This document shows, one piece after another, positions 1 through 8,460 of a stretch of 37,548 bases of DNA; the first letter of the stretch is position 1, and each line of letters begins with the position of its first letter. The position numbers were made by a program, and so were the translations under genes. Source of the DNA: a virus (Duplodnaviria > Heunggongvirae > Uroviricota > Caudoviricetes); IMG/VR virus record IMGVR_UViG_3300032167_000073; one strand, given 5' to 3'. The notes beneath the pieces are model-generated. The model saw only the letters and a program-made list of their open reading frames with translations, did not search any database and was not told the origin of the DNA.

Positions 1-2
1 AG

Positions 3-977
3 TCTCTCAATGAGATTATCGCAAAATGCTATTCGCCGGATTACGACCTCGACAAACTCAACAACGCCGTATACAGCGATCTTGACCGTTTAACGCAAAA
101 GTATATGGTCAGCGATGACATCCAAACGCTCGGCAATCAGATTGACGACATTTGGAGCGAGATTGAAAACAGGCGAACAACGGATGGAAACTATGGAATT
201 CCGTCCAAATATAAGAGCTTCATGGATTATTACACCTATGAACCCGGCGAGCTTGTCGTCATTCAGGCCAAGTATAAGCAAGGCAAGTCCGTATTCCTCA
301 TGAACGAGGTTGTCCATAAGCTCAAGAATGGCATCCCGACATTGGTTGTCGATAGCGAAATGCCGACAAGACTTTATGTAGAACGTCTGCTTGCGCATCT
401 GACAGGCATTGAAATGAAACGCATCAAAAACGGCCACTACACCAATGAAGAGGCCAAACGTATTGAGCAGTGGAGACAGTGGCTCAAGAAGCAGCCGTTT
501 GTCCATATCTATGAGACAAACGTGAGCAATGAAAAGCTATATGCGATTTGCAAAATGCTCAAGCGTAAGATGGGTCTTACGTTTATGGTCTTTGACTATC
601 TGAAGAGCAATGAAACTTCTACGGGCGATAACTACAATGTGCTTGGCGCAAAGTGTGATTTTCTGAAGAACAACATCGCCGGAGAGCTTGATCTTGCCGT
701 GCTTGCAGCCTGTCAGCTTAATCGAAATGGCGAGGTTGCCGATAGTATCAAGATCAATAGGTATTTGTCTGTTGGCATCAAGTGGGAGTATAAGAGCCAA
801 GAGATGATCGCAAGGGATGGCATGCAATGCGGAAATGCATTTGCCAAAATCTACGTCAATCGCCTTGGTCAGCAAATGGCAGAAGATGATGAGATGGACT
901 ACATCGATTTTGTCTTCGATGGCGACAGAATGACCATCGTGGAAGCAGAAAAGCACGACAGAAATGTTGGCTATTGA
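3..977 (+). CDS. dnaB: DnaB-like (SF4) replicative helicase, 5'-truncated by the window edge
   Basis: Frame is open from base 3. Walker A-like QAKYKQGKS, VDSEM, Walker B FMVFDYLK and motif AACQLNR; directly upstream of the primase. Confidence 0.88.
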   Translation, partial: SLNEIIAKCYSPDYDLDKLNNAVYSDLDRLTQKYMVSDDIQTLGNQIDDIWSEIENRRTTDGNYGIPSKYKSFMDYYTYEPGELVVIQAKYKQGKSVFLMNEVVHKLKNGIPTLVVDSEMPTRLYVERLLAHLTGIEMKRIKNGHYTNEEAKRIEQWRQWLKKQPFVHIYETNVSNEKLYAICKMLKRKMGLTFMVFDYLKSNETSTGDNYNVLGAKCDFLKNNIAGELDLAVLAACQLNRNGEVADSIKINRYLSVGIKWEYKSQEMIARDGMQCGNAFAKIYVNRLGQQMAEDDEMDYIDFVFDGDRMTIVEAEKHDRNVGY

Positions 978-997
978 TGATCTGGGAGGGGTATATC

Positions 998-2020
998 ATG
1001 CGACAAGACAAAACCAAATATGACGATGGTATGCTCTTGCAAATCAATGAAAACGCGGATCTGCTTGGCTATGTAAGTCAGCATATGGAAATGAAAAAGA
1101 AGGGAAGGGATTATTGGGCAAGCTGCCCGCTTCATACGGACATCACCCCTTCTTTTTCCATTACTCCTGAAAAGAATTCATACTATTGTTTCTCATGTGG
1201 TCGTTCCGGCGGAATTATCGGCTATCTGATCGATTATGAGAAGATGGGATTCGATGAAGCCGTAGAAAAAGCGGCAAAGATCGCAAACATGGACTTGAGC
1301 AAGATGTGCCGATCTGAAACGGTAATCTTTCTTCGGAAGCTAAAACTCTTTGCTCAAAAATCAAAACAGGAGAAATTCGTTCATGAAGTTTTTCCTGAAT
1401 CTGAAATGAACAAATACTACGATCAGCCAGCGAAAGAATGGGTTGACGAAGGTATCGAGCAAAGTGTTATGGACTTGTTCGGCGTGAAAATCGATGCATG
1501 GCAAAACCGCATTGTATATCCTGTCCGCGACATTCATGGAAAGCTCATCAATGTAAAAGGAAGAACGCGCTATCAAAATTATAAGGCGCTCAATATGCCC
1601 AAGTATATCAACTATCATCCAGTCGGTGTGGTCGATTATTTTCAAGGGCTTGACATTACGCTCCCATATGTCAAGGAAAAGGGCGAAGTGATCATTTTTG
1701 AATCTGTCAAGTCTGTCATGAAAGCATATGGCTGGGGATATAAGAATGCTGCGTCAGCAGAAAAGCACTCATTAACGCCAGAACAGATTTCCCTTCTGGT
1801 TAAGCTCAGAGTAAATGTTGTTTTCGCTTACGATTCTGATGTGAGTTATAAGCAGAAAGATGTTCGTGAAAACATCGAATACCTGAAACGAGTAACCAAT
1901 GTATTCGTCATCGAAGACCGTAAAAAGCTTCTTGGCGGTACAGAAGCGAAGAATGCCCCCGTTGATCTTGGCCGTGACATATGGGAGCAACTATATCAAT
2001 CGAGGAAGAAGGTGGTGTAA
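998..2020 (+). CDS. dnaG: DNA primase (CHC2 zinc finger + TOPRIM)
   Basis: CPLH...YCFSC zinc finger; TOPRIM IIFES and FAYDSD motifs. Start moved to ATG 998 after SD GGGAGG (984-989). Confidence 0.92.
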   Translation: MRQDKTKYDDGMLLQINENADLLGYVSQHMEMKKKGRDYWASCPLHTDITPSFSITPEKNSYYCFSCGRSGGIIGYLIDYEKMGFDEAVEKAAKIANMDLSKMCRSETVIFLRKLKLFAQKSKQEKFVHEVFPESEMNKYYDQPAKEWVDEGIEQSVMDLFGVKIDAWQNRIVYPVRDIHGKLINVKGRTRYQNYKALNMPKYINYHPVGVVDYFQGLDITLPYVKEKGEVIIFESVKSVMKAYGWGYKNAASAEKHSLTPEQISLLVKLRVNVVFAYDSDVSYKQKDVRENIEYLKRVTNVFVIEDRKKLLGGTEAKNAPVDLGRDIWEQLYQSRKKVV

Positions 2021-2021
2021 A

Positions 2022-2831
2022 TTGAATGACTACGAAGACAAGATCAACCAAATGGTCTGGTCTTATTCTCGTTTAAGCACATTTGAGCAGTGCCGCTATT
2101 CCTTCTATTTGAAGTATATCGTAGAAAACGACGACGAATATCTGGCTGAAGGAAACTATTGGGCAGAAGTTGGCAGTTTCATGCATGAAATCCTTGAACG
2201 TGTTTTCAAGGGAGAAATGTGTATCGATGATGCTGCGGAGTATTTTGTCAATCATTATGACGACTATGTGCTATATGGCACAAAGTCTTCGATCATGGAG
2301 AAAACATACGATGCATGTTTGTCTTATCTTGAAGAGGAAGACCTGTCTTGGCTTGATGAATACGAAGTAATTGGCGTAGAGCTTGAAGTGGAGTTTAAGA
2401 TTGAGGGGCATCCGTTTAAGGGATTCATTGATCTGCTTTTAAAGCATAAGGAAACAGGCGAACTTGTCGTTCTTGACCATAAGTCTGCTGCATATCCGCT
2501 TTCAAGTAAAACGGGAAAACTTCTAAAGGCCAACGAAAAAAGCTTCATGTCCTATAAAAAGCAGATGTATCTGTATTGCAATGCAGTCAACCAGCTTTAT
2601 AAAAGATTTCCCAAGTGGATAGTTTGGAATCATTTCAAGGCTCAGAAATTCGTCACGATTCCGTTTGATCAAAAGGAATACGATCAGGCAATCGCATGGT
2701 TTGTCGATACGATTCAGTGTATCAGAAAGGAAAAGGATTTCCCGGAAACAATGGATTATTTCTATTGCCACAATCTATGTGAATTTAGAAATAGCTGCGA
2801 ATACAAACTTTACGAAGACAGTGAGAGGTAA
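2022..2831 (+). CDS. PD-(D/E)XK nuclease, Cas4/AddB/RecB-like, probable Fe-S cluster
   Basis: WSYSRLSTFEQC N-terminus, GFIDLL and LDHKS motifs, C-terminal CHNLCEFRNSC (1+3 Cys pattern). TTG start at 2022 after AAGGTGG. Confidence 0.85.
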   Translation: MNDYEDKINQMVWSYSRLSTFEQCRYSFYLKYIVENDDEYLAEGNYWAEVGSFMHEILERVFKGEMCIDDAAEYFVNHYDDYVLYGTKSSIMEKTYDACLSYLEEEDLSWLDEYEVIGVELEVEFKIEGHPFKGFIDLLLKHKETGELVVLDHKSAAYPLSSKTGKLLKANEKSFMSYKKQMYLYCNAVNQLYKRFPKWIVWNHFKAQKFVTIPFDQKEYDQAIAWFVDTIQCIRKEKDFPETMDYFYCHNLCEFRNSCEYKLYEDSER

Positions 2832-2834
2832 GCC

Positions 2835-5800
2835 ATGAGAATACCGATGCAGTATGTGCTGTATCATCTGCACTCACAATTGTCAAATGGCACAACCAAT
2901 ATCGATTCTATTACATTTCCAGATTTGTACGTCGAAGCGGCAAAAGCTTGCGGCATGAAAGCGATGGCGTTTTCAGAGCACGGCAATCTGTTTTTCTGGA
3001 AACATAAAAAAGAAGAAATCGAAAAGGCTGGTATGAAGTATATTCATGCCGTCGAAACCTATTTGACATCCACCATCACAGAAAAGGTGAGGGACAATTA
3101 CCACTGCGTTCTGATCGCAAAAAACTATGATGGTGTAAAAGAGCTGAACAAGCTCATTTCCAAATCGTTTGGAAGAATCGACGATAATCATTTTTACTAT
3201 ACGCCGCGAATTACATTTGAAGAGTTGTTTGCAACGTCAGATAACATCATTGTAACAACCGCTTGTCTTGGTGGCGTGCTGCATAACGGTTCTGTCATCG
3301 AAAAAGAAAAAATGCTTGGATTCCTTGCCATGAACAAGCATCGCTGCTTCTTGGAGATCCAGCATCATAACTGCGAAGAACAGATTGAGTATAATCGCCT
3401 GCTGTATGATTTGAGCAAAACGACGGGCATTCCGCTGATCGCCGGAACTGATACACATGCTCTTAATGACGAACATATGGACGGCAGAGCGTTGCTCCAA
3501 AAATCAAAAGGTGTTCGTTTTGCGAATGAAGATGCTTGGGATTTGACTTTTAAAACCTGCAAACAACTGATTCGCGCTTATGAGATTCAGAAATCACTTC
3601 CTATGGATGTGGTATATGAAGCTATTGAAAACACGAATGTTCTTGCAGATATGGTTGAACCGTTCAAACTGGATTACAGCGCTAAGTATCCAAAGCTGTA
3701 TGACGATTCGGAAGGTGTATTCAAGAAGAAGATCAACGAGGGCGTTGTCCGTCGCGGTATCATGAAATACCCGGACTACGATAGATACGTAAAGCGAATC
3801 CATCAGGAATTTGATACGTATAAGCATAATAATGCCATTGATTTTATGCTGCTTGAAGAGGATTACAAGTCCGAAATGCGCCGTAGGAATATCAAATTTG
3901 GTTACAGCCGTGGTTCCGTGTCTGGCAGCATCATTGCGTACCTGCTTGGCATCACGGAGGTTGACAGCGTTCGCCTGAATCTGAACTTTGAGCGATTCAT
4001 GAACAAGGAGCGTGTCAGCCTTGCCGATATCGATACGGACTGGCTATCCGAAGATAGAAAGGTTGTCAAGGATTACCTGTATAGCAAGCATGGCCTGTAC
4101 TGCTGTGATATCGTCACTTTTAATACCATTGCGCTGAAAGGCGCGATCAAAGATGTATGCCGTGGCCTGTACAGAGAACTCGATCCGCGATCAAAGCTCA
4201 GTCCAAAGTGGCAAAAGGTATACGATGAGTACAAGCGGACTGCTGATGCGCTCAATGGTCAAGGTACAGAATTTACCATGCCGGAAGACCTGAAGGAAGA
4301 GATTGAAAGGGTTTCTGGCGGCAATTACATGAAGATTGCAGACGAGATTATTGCGCTTGCAGAGGTTGACGAGCAGGCGGCAAGAAAGAAGCATCCCAAA
4401 GTCTTCAAGTATGTTGATCTGGTGAAGGATTGTATCGTGTCCGTTGGCAATCACCCTGCGGGCTGCGTGGTCTCTCCGATCCCGGTTGATGAGTGGTTCG
4501 GCACGTTTACCACGTCCACGGATGAGTACCCAATTTCCATGCTCAACATGAAAGAGATTGATTCTCTGAATTTTGTTAAGCTGGATATTCTTGGTCTGGA
4601 TAACATCGGCCTGATTTATAAAACGTGCGATTTAGCAGGAATTCCATTCCTCACACCAGATAACACGCCGTCTGATGATTTGGCCGTTTGGAGGAGCATT
4701 CGTGACGATACAACAATGATCTTCCAATGGGAATCTGGAAGCGCTACAGCATACTTAAAGCAACTCATGAGCGATAAGACCATTGAAGCCATTAAGGAAA
4801 AGAACCCTAACTTCTCCTATATGGACTTGCTTTCAATCGGTAATGGTGCAATTCGCCCTGCTGGTGAATCATATCGTGACAAGCTTGCTCAGGGAATCTA
4901 TCAGGATAATGGTCATGAAGCGCTTAATAACTTCCTTGCACCGACGCTTGGATATCTGGTCTATCAGGAACAAATTATCGAATTCCTGCACTCGTTCTGC
5001 GGCTATACAATGGGCGAAGCAGACGTAGTGCGACGCGGTTTTGCCAAGAAAACAGGAACAGAAAAATTCATTCCAAAGATTAAATCCGGCTTCTCTAAGA
5101 CGATGAAGGAAAAGTACGGCGTATCTGAGGATGAAGCGGAAAAGCTTATTGTTAATTTCATCAAGGTTATCGAGGATGCAAGTTCATATCTTTTCTCAAA
5201 GAACCATTCAGATCCGTATTCTTGGATTGGCTATATCTGCGGCTATCTCAGATATCATTATCCGCTTGAATTCATTACAACTGCGCTCAACATCTTTGAA
5301 ACCAAGGAAGATAAGACGCTTGCGATCATCGCATATGCAAAGAGTGTAGGTATTAAGATTTCGCCAATCAAGTTCAGGCATTCTATTGCTCAGTATAACT
5401 TTGACAAGAGTGGCAATCAAATCTTTAAAGGAATTTCTTCTATTAAATATATGAATGCTGCCGTTGCCAATGAGATGTATGAGCTGAGGAATAACCAGTA
5501 TAAGAATTTCATGCATCTTCTTTATGATCTGCGCGAAAAGACAAGTCTGAATTCAAGACAGATCAAGATTCTGATTGAGCTTGACTTCTTTGAAGAATTC
5601 GGCGATGCAAACTTTCTGATGGCGCAATATGAAGTGTTTGACACTCTTGATGGAAAGCGTCAGTTCAAGAAGCAGGCGCTTGAAAGCATGGGTTTCCCGA
5701 TTGACCTAATCAGACCGTATGCAGAAAAAGAAACAGAAAAGATGTTCACCGGAGTCAATATCCGCATGGTTATGCTTTCCTGTGTTGATCATATCCGGTA

Positions 5801-6143
5801 TCAAAAGCGAAGTCTGAAAGAAAAGCTGAACGCTCAGACGATGCATCTTGGCTATCTGGATGTTGTCGGCGAGCAATATGCTGGAATTCTCGTTGTAATG
5901 AGCGTAGATGCAAAGTATTCTCCTAAGATGAAAATGTACTCGCTCAAAAATGGTACGACGCTTGATTTCAAGATTGACAAGAAACTGTTTGCAAAAAACA
6001 AACTGTCTGCTGGCGATATTGTAAGAATTCTTTCAAGCAAGACCAAGCCGAAAATGAGGCGCTGCGAAGATGGAACATTTGAAGAGGTGCCAAATACAGC
6101 GGAGCGCTGGATAACCAACTACAGAAAGGTGGAGAACTTGTGA
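2835..6143 (+). CDS. dnaE: DNA polymerase III alpha subunit (family C, PHP + Pol3 core)
   Basis: PHP motifs HLHS, SEHGN, GTDTH; core motifs SRGSVSGS, ADIDTD, HPAG, KLDILGL, YQEQ, FSKNHS. Confidence 0.96.
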   Translation: MRIPMQYVLYHLHSQLSNGTTNIDSITFPDLYVEAAKACGMKAMAFSEHGNLFFWKHKKEEIEKAGMKYIHAVETYLTSTITEKVRDNYHCVLIAKNYDGVKELNKLISKSFGRIDDNHFYYTPRITFEELFATSDNIIVTTACLGGVLHNGSVIEKEKMLGFLAMNKHRCFLEIQHHNCEEQIEYNRLLYDLSKTTGIPLIAGTDTHALNDEHMDGRALLQKSKGVRFANEDAWDLTFKTCKQLIRAYEIQKSLPMDVVYEAIENTNVLADMVEPFKLDYSAKYPKLYDDSEGVFKKKINEGVVRRGIMKYPDYDRYVKRIHQEFDTYKHNNAIDFMLLEEDYKSEMRRRNIKFGYSRGSVSGSIIAYLLGITEVDSVRLNLNFERFMNKERVSLADIDTDWLSEDRKVVKDYLYSKHGLYCCDIVTFNTIALKGAIKDVCRGLYRELDPRSKLSPKWQKVYDEYKRTADALNGQGTEFTMPEDLKEEIERVSGGNYMKIADEIIALAEVDEQAARKKHPKVFKYVDLVKDCIVSVGNHPAGCVVSPIPVDEWFGTFTTSTDEYPISMLNMKEIDSLNFVKLDILGLDNIGLIYKTCDLAGIPFLTPDNTPSDDLAVWRSIRDDTTMIFQWESGSATAYLKQLMSDKTIEAIKEKNPNFSYMDLLSIGNGAIRPAGESYRDKLAQGIYQDNGHEALNNFLAPTLGYLVYQEQIIEFLHSFCGYTMGEADVVRRGFAKKTGTEKFIPKIKSGFSKTMKEKYGVSEDEAEKLIVNFIKVIEDASSYLFSKNHSDPYSWIGYICGYLRYHYPLEFITTALNIFETKEDKTLAIIAYAKSVGIKISPIKFRHSIAQYNFDKSGNQIFKGISSIKYMNAAVANEMYELRNNQYKNFMHLLYDLREKTSLNSRQIKILIELDFFEEFGDANFLMAQYEVFDTLDGKRQFKKQALESMGFPIDLIRPYAEKETEKMFTGVNIRMVMLSCVDHIRYQKRSLKEKLNAQTMHLGYLDVVGEQYAGILVVMSVDAKYSPKMKMYSLKNGTTLDFKIDKKLFAKNKLSAGDIVRILSSKTKPKMRRCEDGTFEEVPNTAERWITNYRKVENL

Positions 6144-6457
6144 TGAGCTATGAAGAGTTTGAAAAATACATGAGCAAAATCACGCGACTGCTTGATTTTG
6201 AAGACAGTATTCAGAATACTTGCAGAATATCCGGCTTTGATTGGTGCGAGATCAAACATCCAACGCTGATTGATGAATGTGTTGCGCTGCTTTCAATAAT
6301 CATGGAAGATACGCAGGATGAATGGATCAGCTATTGGGTGTTTGAGCTGGATTGCGGAAAGAAATATACGCAAGGCAGCGTGAAGGATGAAAATGGGAAT
6401 GCAATTCCAATGAAGACTATCCGCGATTTGTATGACTATTTAACCTCTGAAAAATAA
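6140..6457 (+). CDS. Hypothetical phage protein (105 aa)
   Basis: Overlaps the dnaE stop (GTGA) and fills the gap to the promoter. Confidence 0.75.
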   Translation: MMSYEEFEKYMSKITRLLDFEDSIQNTCRISGFDWCEIKHPTLIDECVALLSIIMEDTQDEWISYWVFELDCGKKYTQGSVKDENGNAIPMKTIRDLYDYLTSEK

Positions 6458-6472
6458 AGCAGAAAAACTATT
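6455..6472 (+). repeat. 18-bp intergenic motif, copy 1 (TAAAGCAGAAAAACTATT), upstream of thyX
   Basis: 15/18 identical to the copy at 8428-8445; abuts the -35 box. Confidence 0.55.
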
Positions 6473-6499
6473 GACATCATCAATAGATGGATGTAGAAT
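6471..6499 (+). promoter_or_regulatory. Sigma-A/70-type promoter for thyX and downstream genes
   Basis: TTGACA (6471-6476), 17-nt spacer, TAGAAT (6494-6499); then SD GAAAGGA and ATG 6518. Confidence 0.85.
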
Positions 6500-6517
6500 A
6501 TAGAAAGGAACAGATAT

Positions 6518-7195
6518 ATGGGCAAGATTACAATTCTTCCAGAAACAACAAAGAAACCCATTACGCTCATCGGTCATAGAGCTGGCGTGTGCTGGGGTGC
6601 AGATGTCACAAACGAAGAGAAAAATTATAAGCGAGGTCTGGACTGCTTAGAGTCCGGCCATGGCAGAACGATTGAGTACCCAAATATCGAGATGATTATT
6701 GAGGGATATTCAGCTCGTGTCATCCGCGAATGGTATACGCATGTTGGCGGCAGTCCGTCTCGCCTTCAGGCAAGCACGCGCTATATCAATTACAAAAACT
6801 TCGAGTATGTTACGCCGCATACCATTGAGCGCAACGAAAAGGCCAAAGCGATTTACGATGGCATTATGAAAGCGATCAGCGACGGGTGCCAGCAGCTTGA
6901 GGAAGAGAAGATTCCGCGTGAAGATAGCGCTATGGCTTTGCCGCTGGGCATGACCACGAAGATTGTGGACAAGCGAAATCCGAGAAATATGATTGACATG
7001 TCTCGTCAGAGGATGTGTACTCGCGCGTATTGGGAGTATCGAGAACTGTTCAATGATATCTGTGAAGCGCTGAAGGCTTATTCTGATGAATGGGCGTATA
7101 TTGTTGATACGCAAATGGCTCCGAAGTGCAAAGTGCTTGGATACTGCCCGGAAAAGAAGTCTTGTGGTAAGATGCCAAAGAAGGTATCCTCATGA
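6518..7195 (+). CDS. thyX: FAD-dependent thymidylate synthase
   Basis: GH..TIEY motif, ThyX-signature variant REWYTHVGGSPSRLQASTRY, R-CTRA-WE-R, C-terminal Cys motif. Confidence 0.9.
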   Translation: MGKITILPETTKKPITLIGHRAGVCWGADVTNEEKNYKRGLDCLESGHGRTIEYPNIEMIIEGYSARVIREWYTHVGGSPSRLQASTRYINYKNFEYVTPHTIERNEKAKAIYDGIMKAISDGCQQLEEEKIPREDSAMALPLGMTTKIVDKRNPRNMIDMSRQRMCTRAYWEYRELFNDICEALKAYSDEWAYIVDTQMAPKCKVLGYCPEKKSCGKMPKKVSS

Positions 7196-7431
7196 AAACC
7201 AAAGAGAGCTTGTGTGTCGATTGTGGTTTGCCATGTTTGAAAAGCGGATGCCCGTATTATAGCGTAACCGTCGTCTACTGCGATGAATGCGGCGATTACG
7301 CTATGCACGCCATGGATGGTCAGGACTTGTGCGAAGAGTGCGCAAAGAAGTATGTTGATGGGGCATGGGATGATCTTTCTGTTTCAGAAAAGGCCGAAAT
7401 GCTGAAAATTGAACATAGTACATATGAGTAA
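7192..7431 (+). CDS. Small Cys-rich (CxxC-containing) hypothetical protein
   Basis: ATGA overlap with thyX; three CxxC pairs suggest metal binding. Confidence 0.7.
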   Translation: MKTKESLCVDCGLPCLKSGCPYYSVTVVYCDECGDYAMHAMDGQDLCEECAKKYVDGAWDDLSVSEKAEMLKIEHSTYE

Positions 7432-7444
7432 GGAGAGTGATCAT

Positions 7445-7996
7445 ATGATTGTTATCATCGGTGAATCTGCAAGTGGTAAATCCACTTTGCAGAACATGCT
7501 GATTGAATCTGATCCAAGTTATCAGAAAATTGTAACGTATACGACAAGGCCGATGCGTGATGGAGAAGTGAATGGCATTGACTATCACTTTGTCACAGAC
7601 GCAGCATTTGAGGAATTGTCAAAGCGCGGATTCTTTGTTGAGCAGAATGCTTACAGAGAATGGAAGTATGGCACGGCAAAGCAAGACTGCATGAACGCAA
7701 AGAAGAAGATCGCAGTTATGACTCCCGCTGGCCTTAGAGCCTTAAAGCGCGAGAACATCGATGTGGTATCAATCTATCTGATGGTCGATAGGCGCTCAAG
7801 GTTGATTCAGATCCTGAATCGCGGAGACAACATCGAAGAAGCTTATCGCAGAAGTCTTTCCGATGTGGGGCAGTTTGATGGCGTTGTTGATGAAGTGAAT
7901 TACGTAATCGACAATACCAACTATCACATGACGATGGATCAAACGCTGATGTGCCTGAAAGCGATTCTTAAAGCAGCCGAAAAGGAGAAAGAATGA
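7445..7996 (+). CDS. gmk: Guanylate kinase-like nucleotide kinase
   Basis: P-loop GESASGKST, TYTTRPMRDGEVNGIDYHF, YGT motif. ATG 7445 after SD AAGGAG. Confidence 0.9.
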   Translation: MIVIIGESASGKSTLQNMLIESDPSYQKIVTYTTRPMRDGEVNGIDYHFVTDAAFEELSKRGFFVEQNAYREWKYGTAKQDCMNAKKKIAVMTPAGLRALKRENIDVVSIYLMVDRRSRLIQILNRGDNIEEAYRRSLSDVGQFDGVVDEVNYVIDNTNYHMTMDQTLMCLKAILKAAEKEKE

Positions 7997-8427
7997 AGAA
8001 GATTTATACGGCAGGGAAAATGAGCGGTTTGACGCGCGAAGAGCAGCTTGGCTGGCGCACAGAGTTTGCTTCTTTGCTCGATGACGTTATGGGCATTAGC
8101 GTCAAAGTAGTTAATCCTCCGCTGTTCTATGACCCAAACGACCCGGATGCATCTAGCGTGGAGGCAGAGGCAAAAGAATGGGATCTTGCGCAGATTCGTG
8201 ACAGCGATGTCGTCGTTATCAATCTGGATGGCATTGAAGATAGCATTGGCACACATTACGAGCTTGGCTACATCAATGCAATCAACTCCTTCGGCAATAA
8301 ACATATCTATGTTGTCGGCTTTGGCGGGAAGCGCGATCTTCATCCGTGGATTAAGCTCTCTTTGTTCAGGTGGGAGCCGAATGTCATTGCGGCAGCAGAT
8401 TTTGTTGCTAAATTTTGCCTTTATTAA
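7993..8427 (+). CDS. Nucleoside 2-deoxyribosyltransferase / dNMP N-glycosidase family protein
   Basis: IYTAG, NP, DL..IRDSD.V and SIGTHYELGY motifs typical of the NDT fold. Confidence 0.8.
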   Translation: MKKIYTAGKMSGLTREEQLGWRTEFASLLDDVMGISVKVVNPPLFYDPNDPDASSVEAEAKEWDLAQIRDSDVVVINLDGIEDSIGTHYELGYINAINSFGNKHIYVVGFGGKRDLHPWIKLSLFRWEPNVIAAADFVAKFCLY

Positions 8428-8445
8428 TAATGCAGAAAAAGTATA
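8428..8445 (+). repeat. 18-bp intergenic motif, copy 2 (TAATGCAGAAAAAGTATA), upstream of nrdD
   Basis: 17/18 identical to 15988-16005; lies between the upstream stop and the nrdD SD. Confidence 0.7.
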
Positions 8446-8460
8446 TTGAGGTGTAGTTTG

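Noticed and set aside
1899-2021. ORF-track 5' extensions of several genes (974, 1899, 7409, 8446, 11799, 13471, 15116)
   Set aside because: They overlap upstream genes and lack SD sites; downstream starts with good SD spacing were used instead.
2022-2831. Cas4-like nuclease as part of a CRISPR-Cas system
   Set aside because: No cas1/cas2 or array in the window; it sits in a replication operon.
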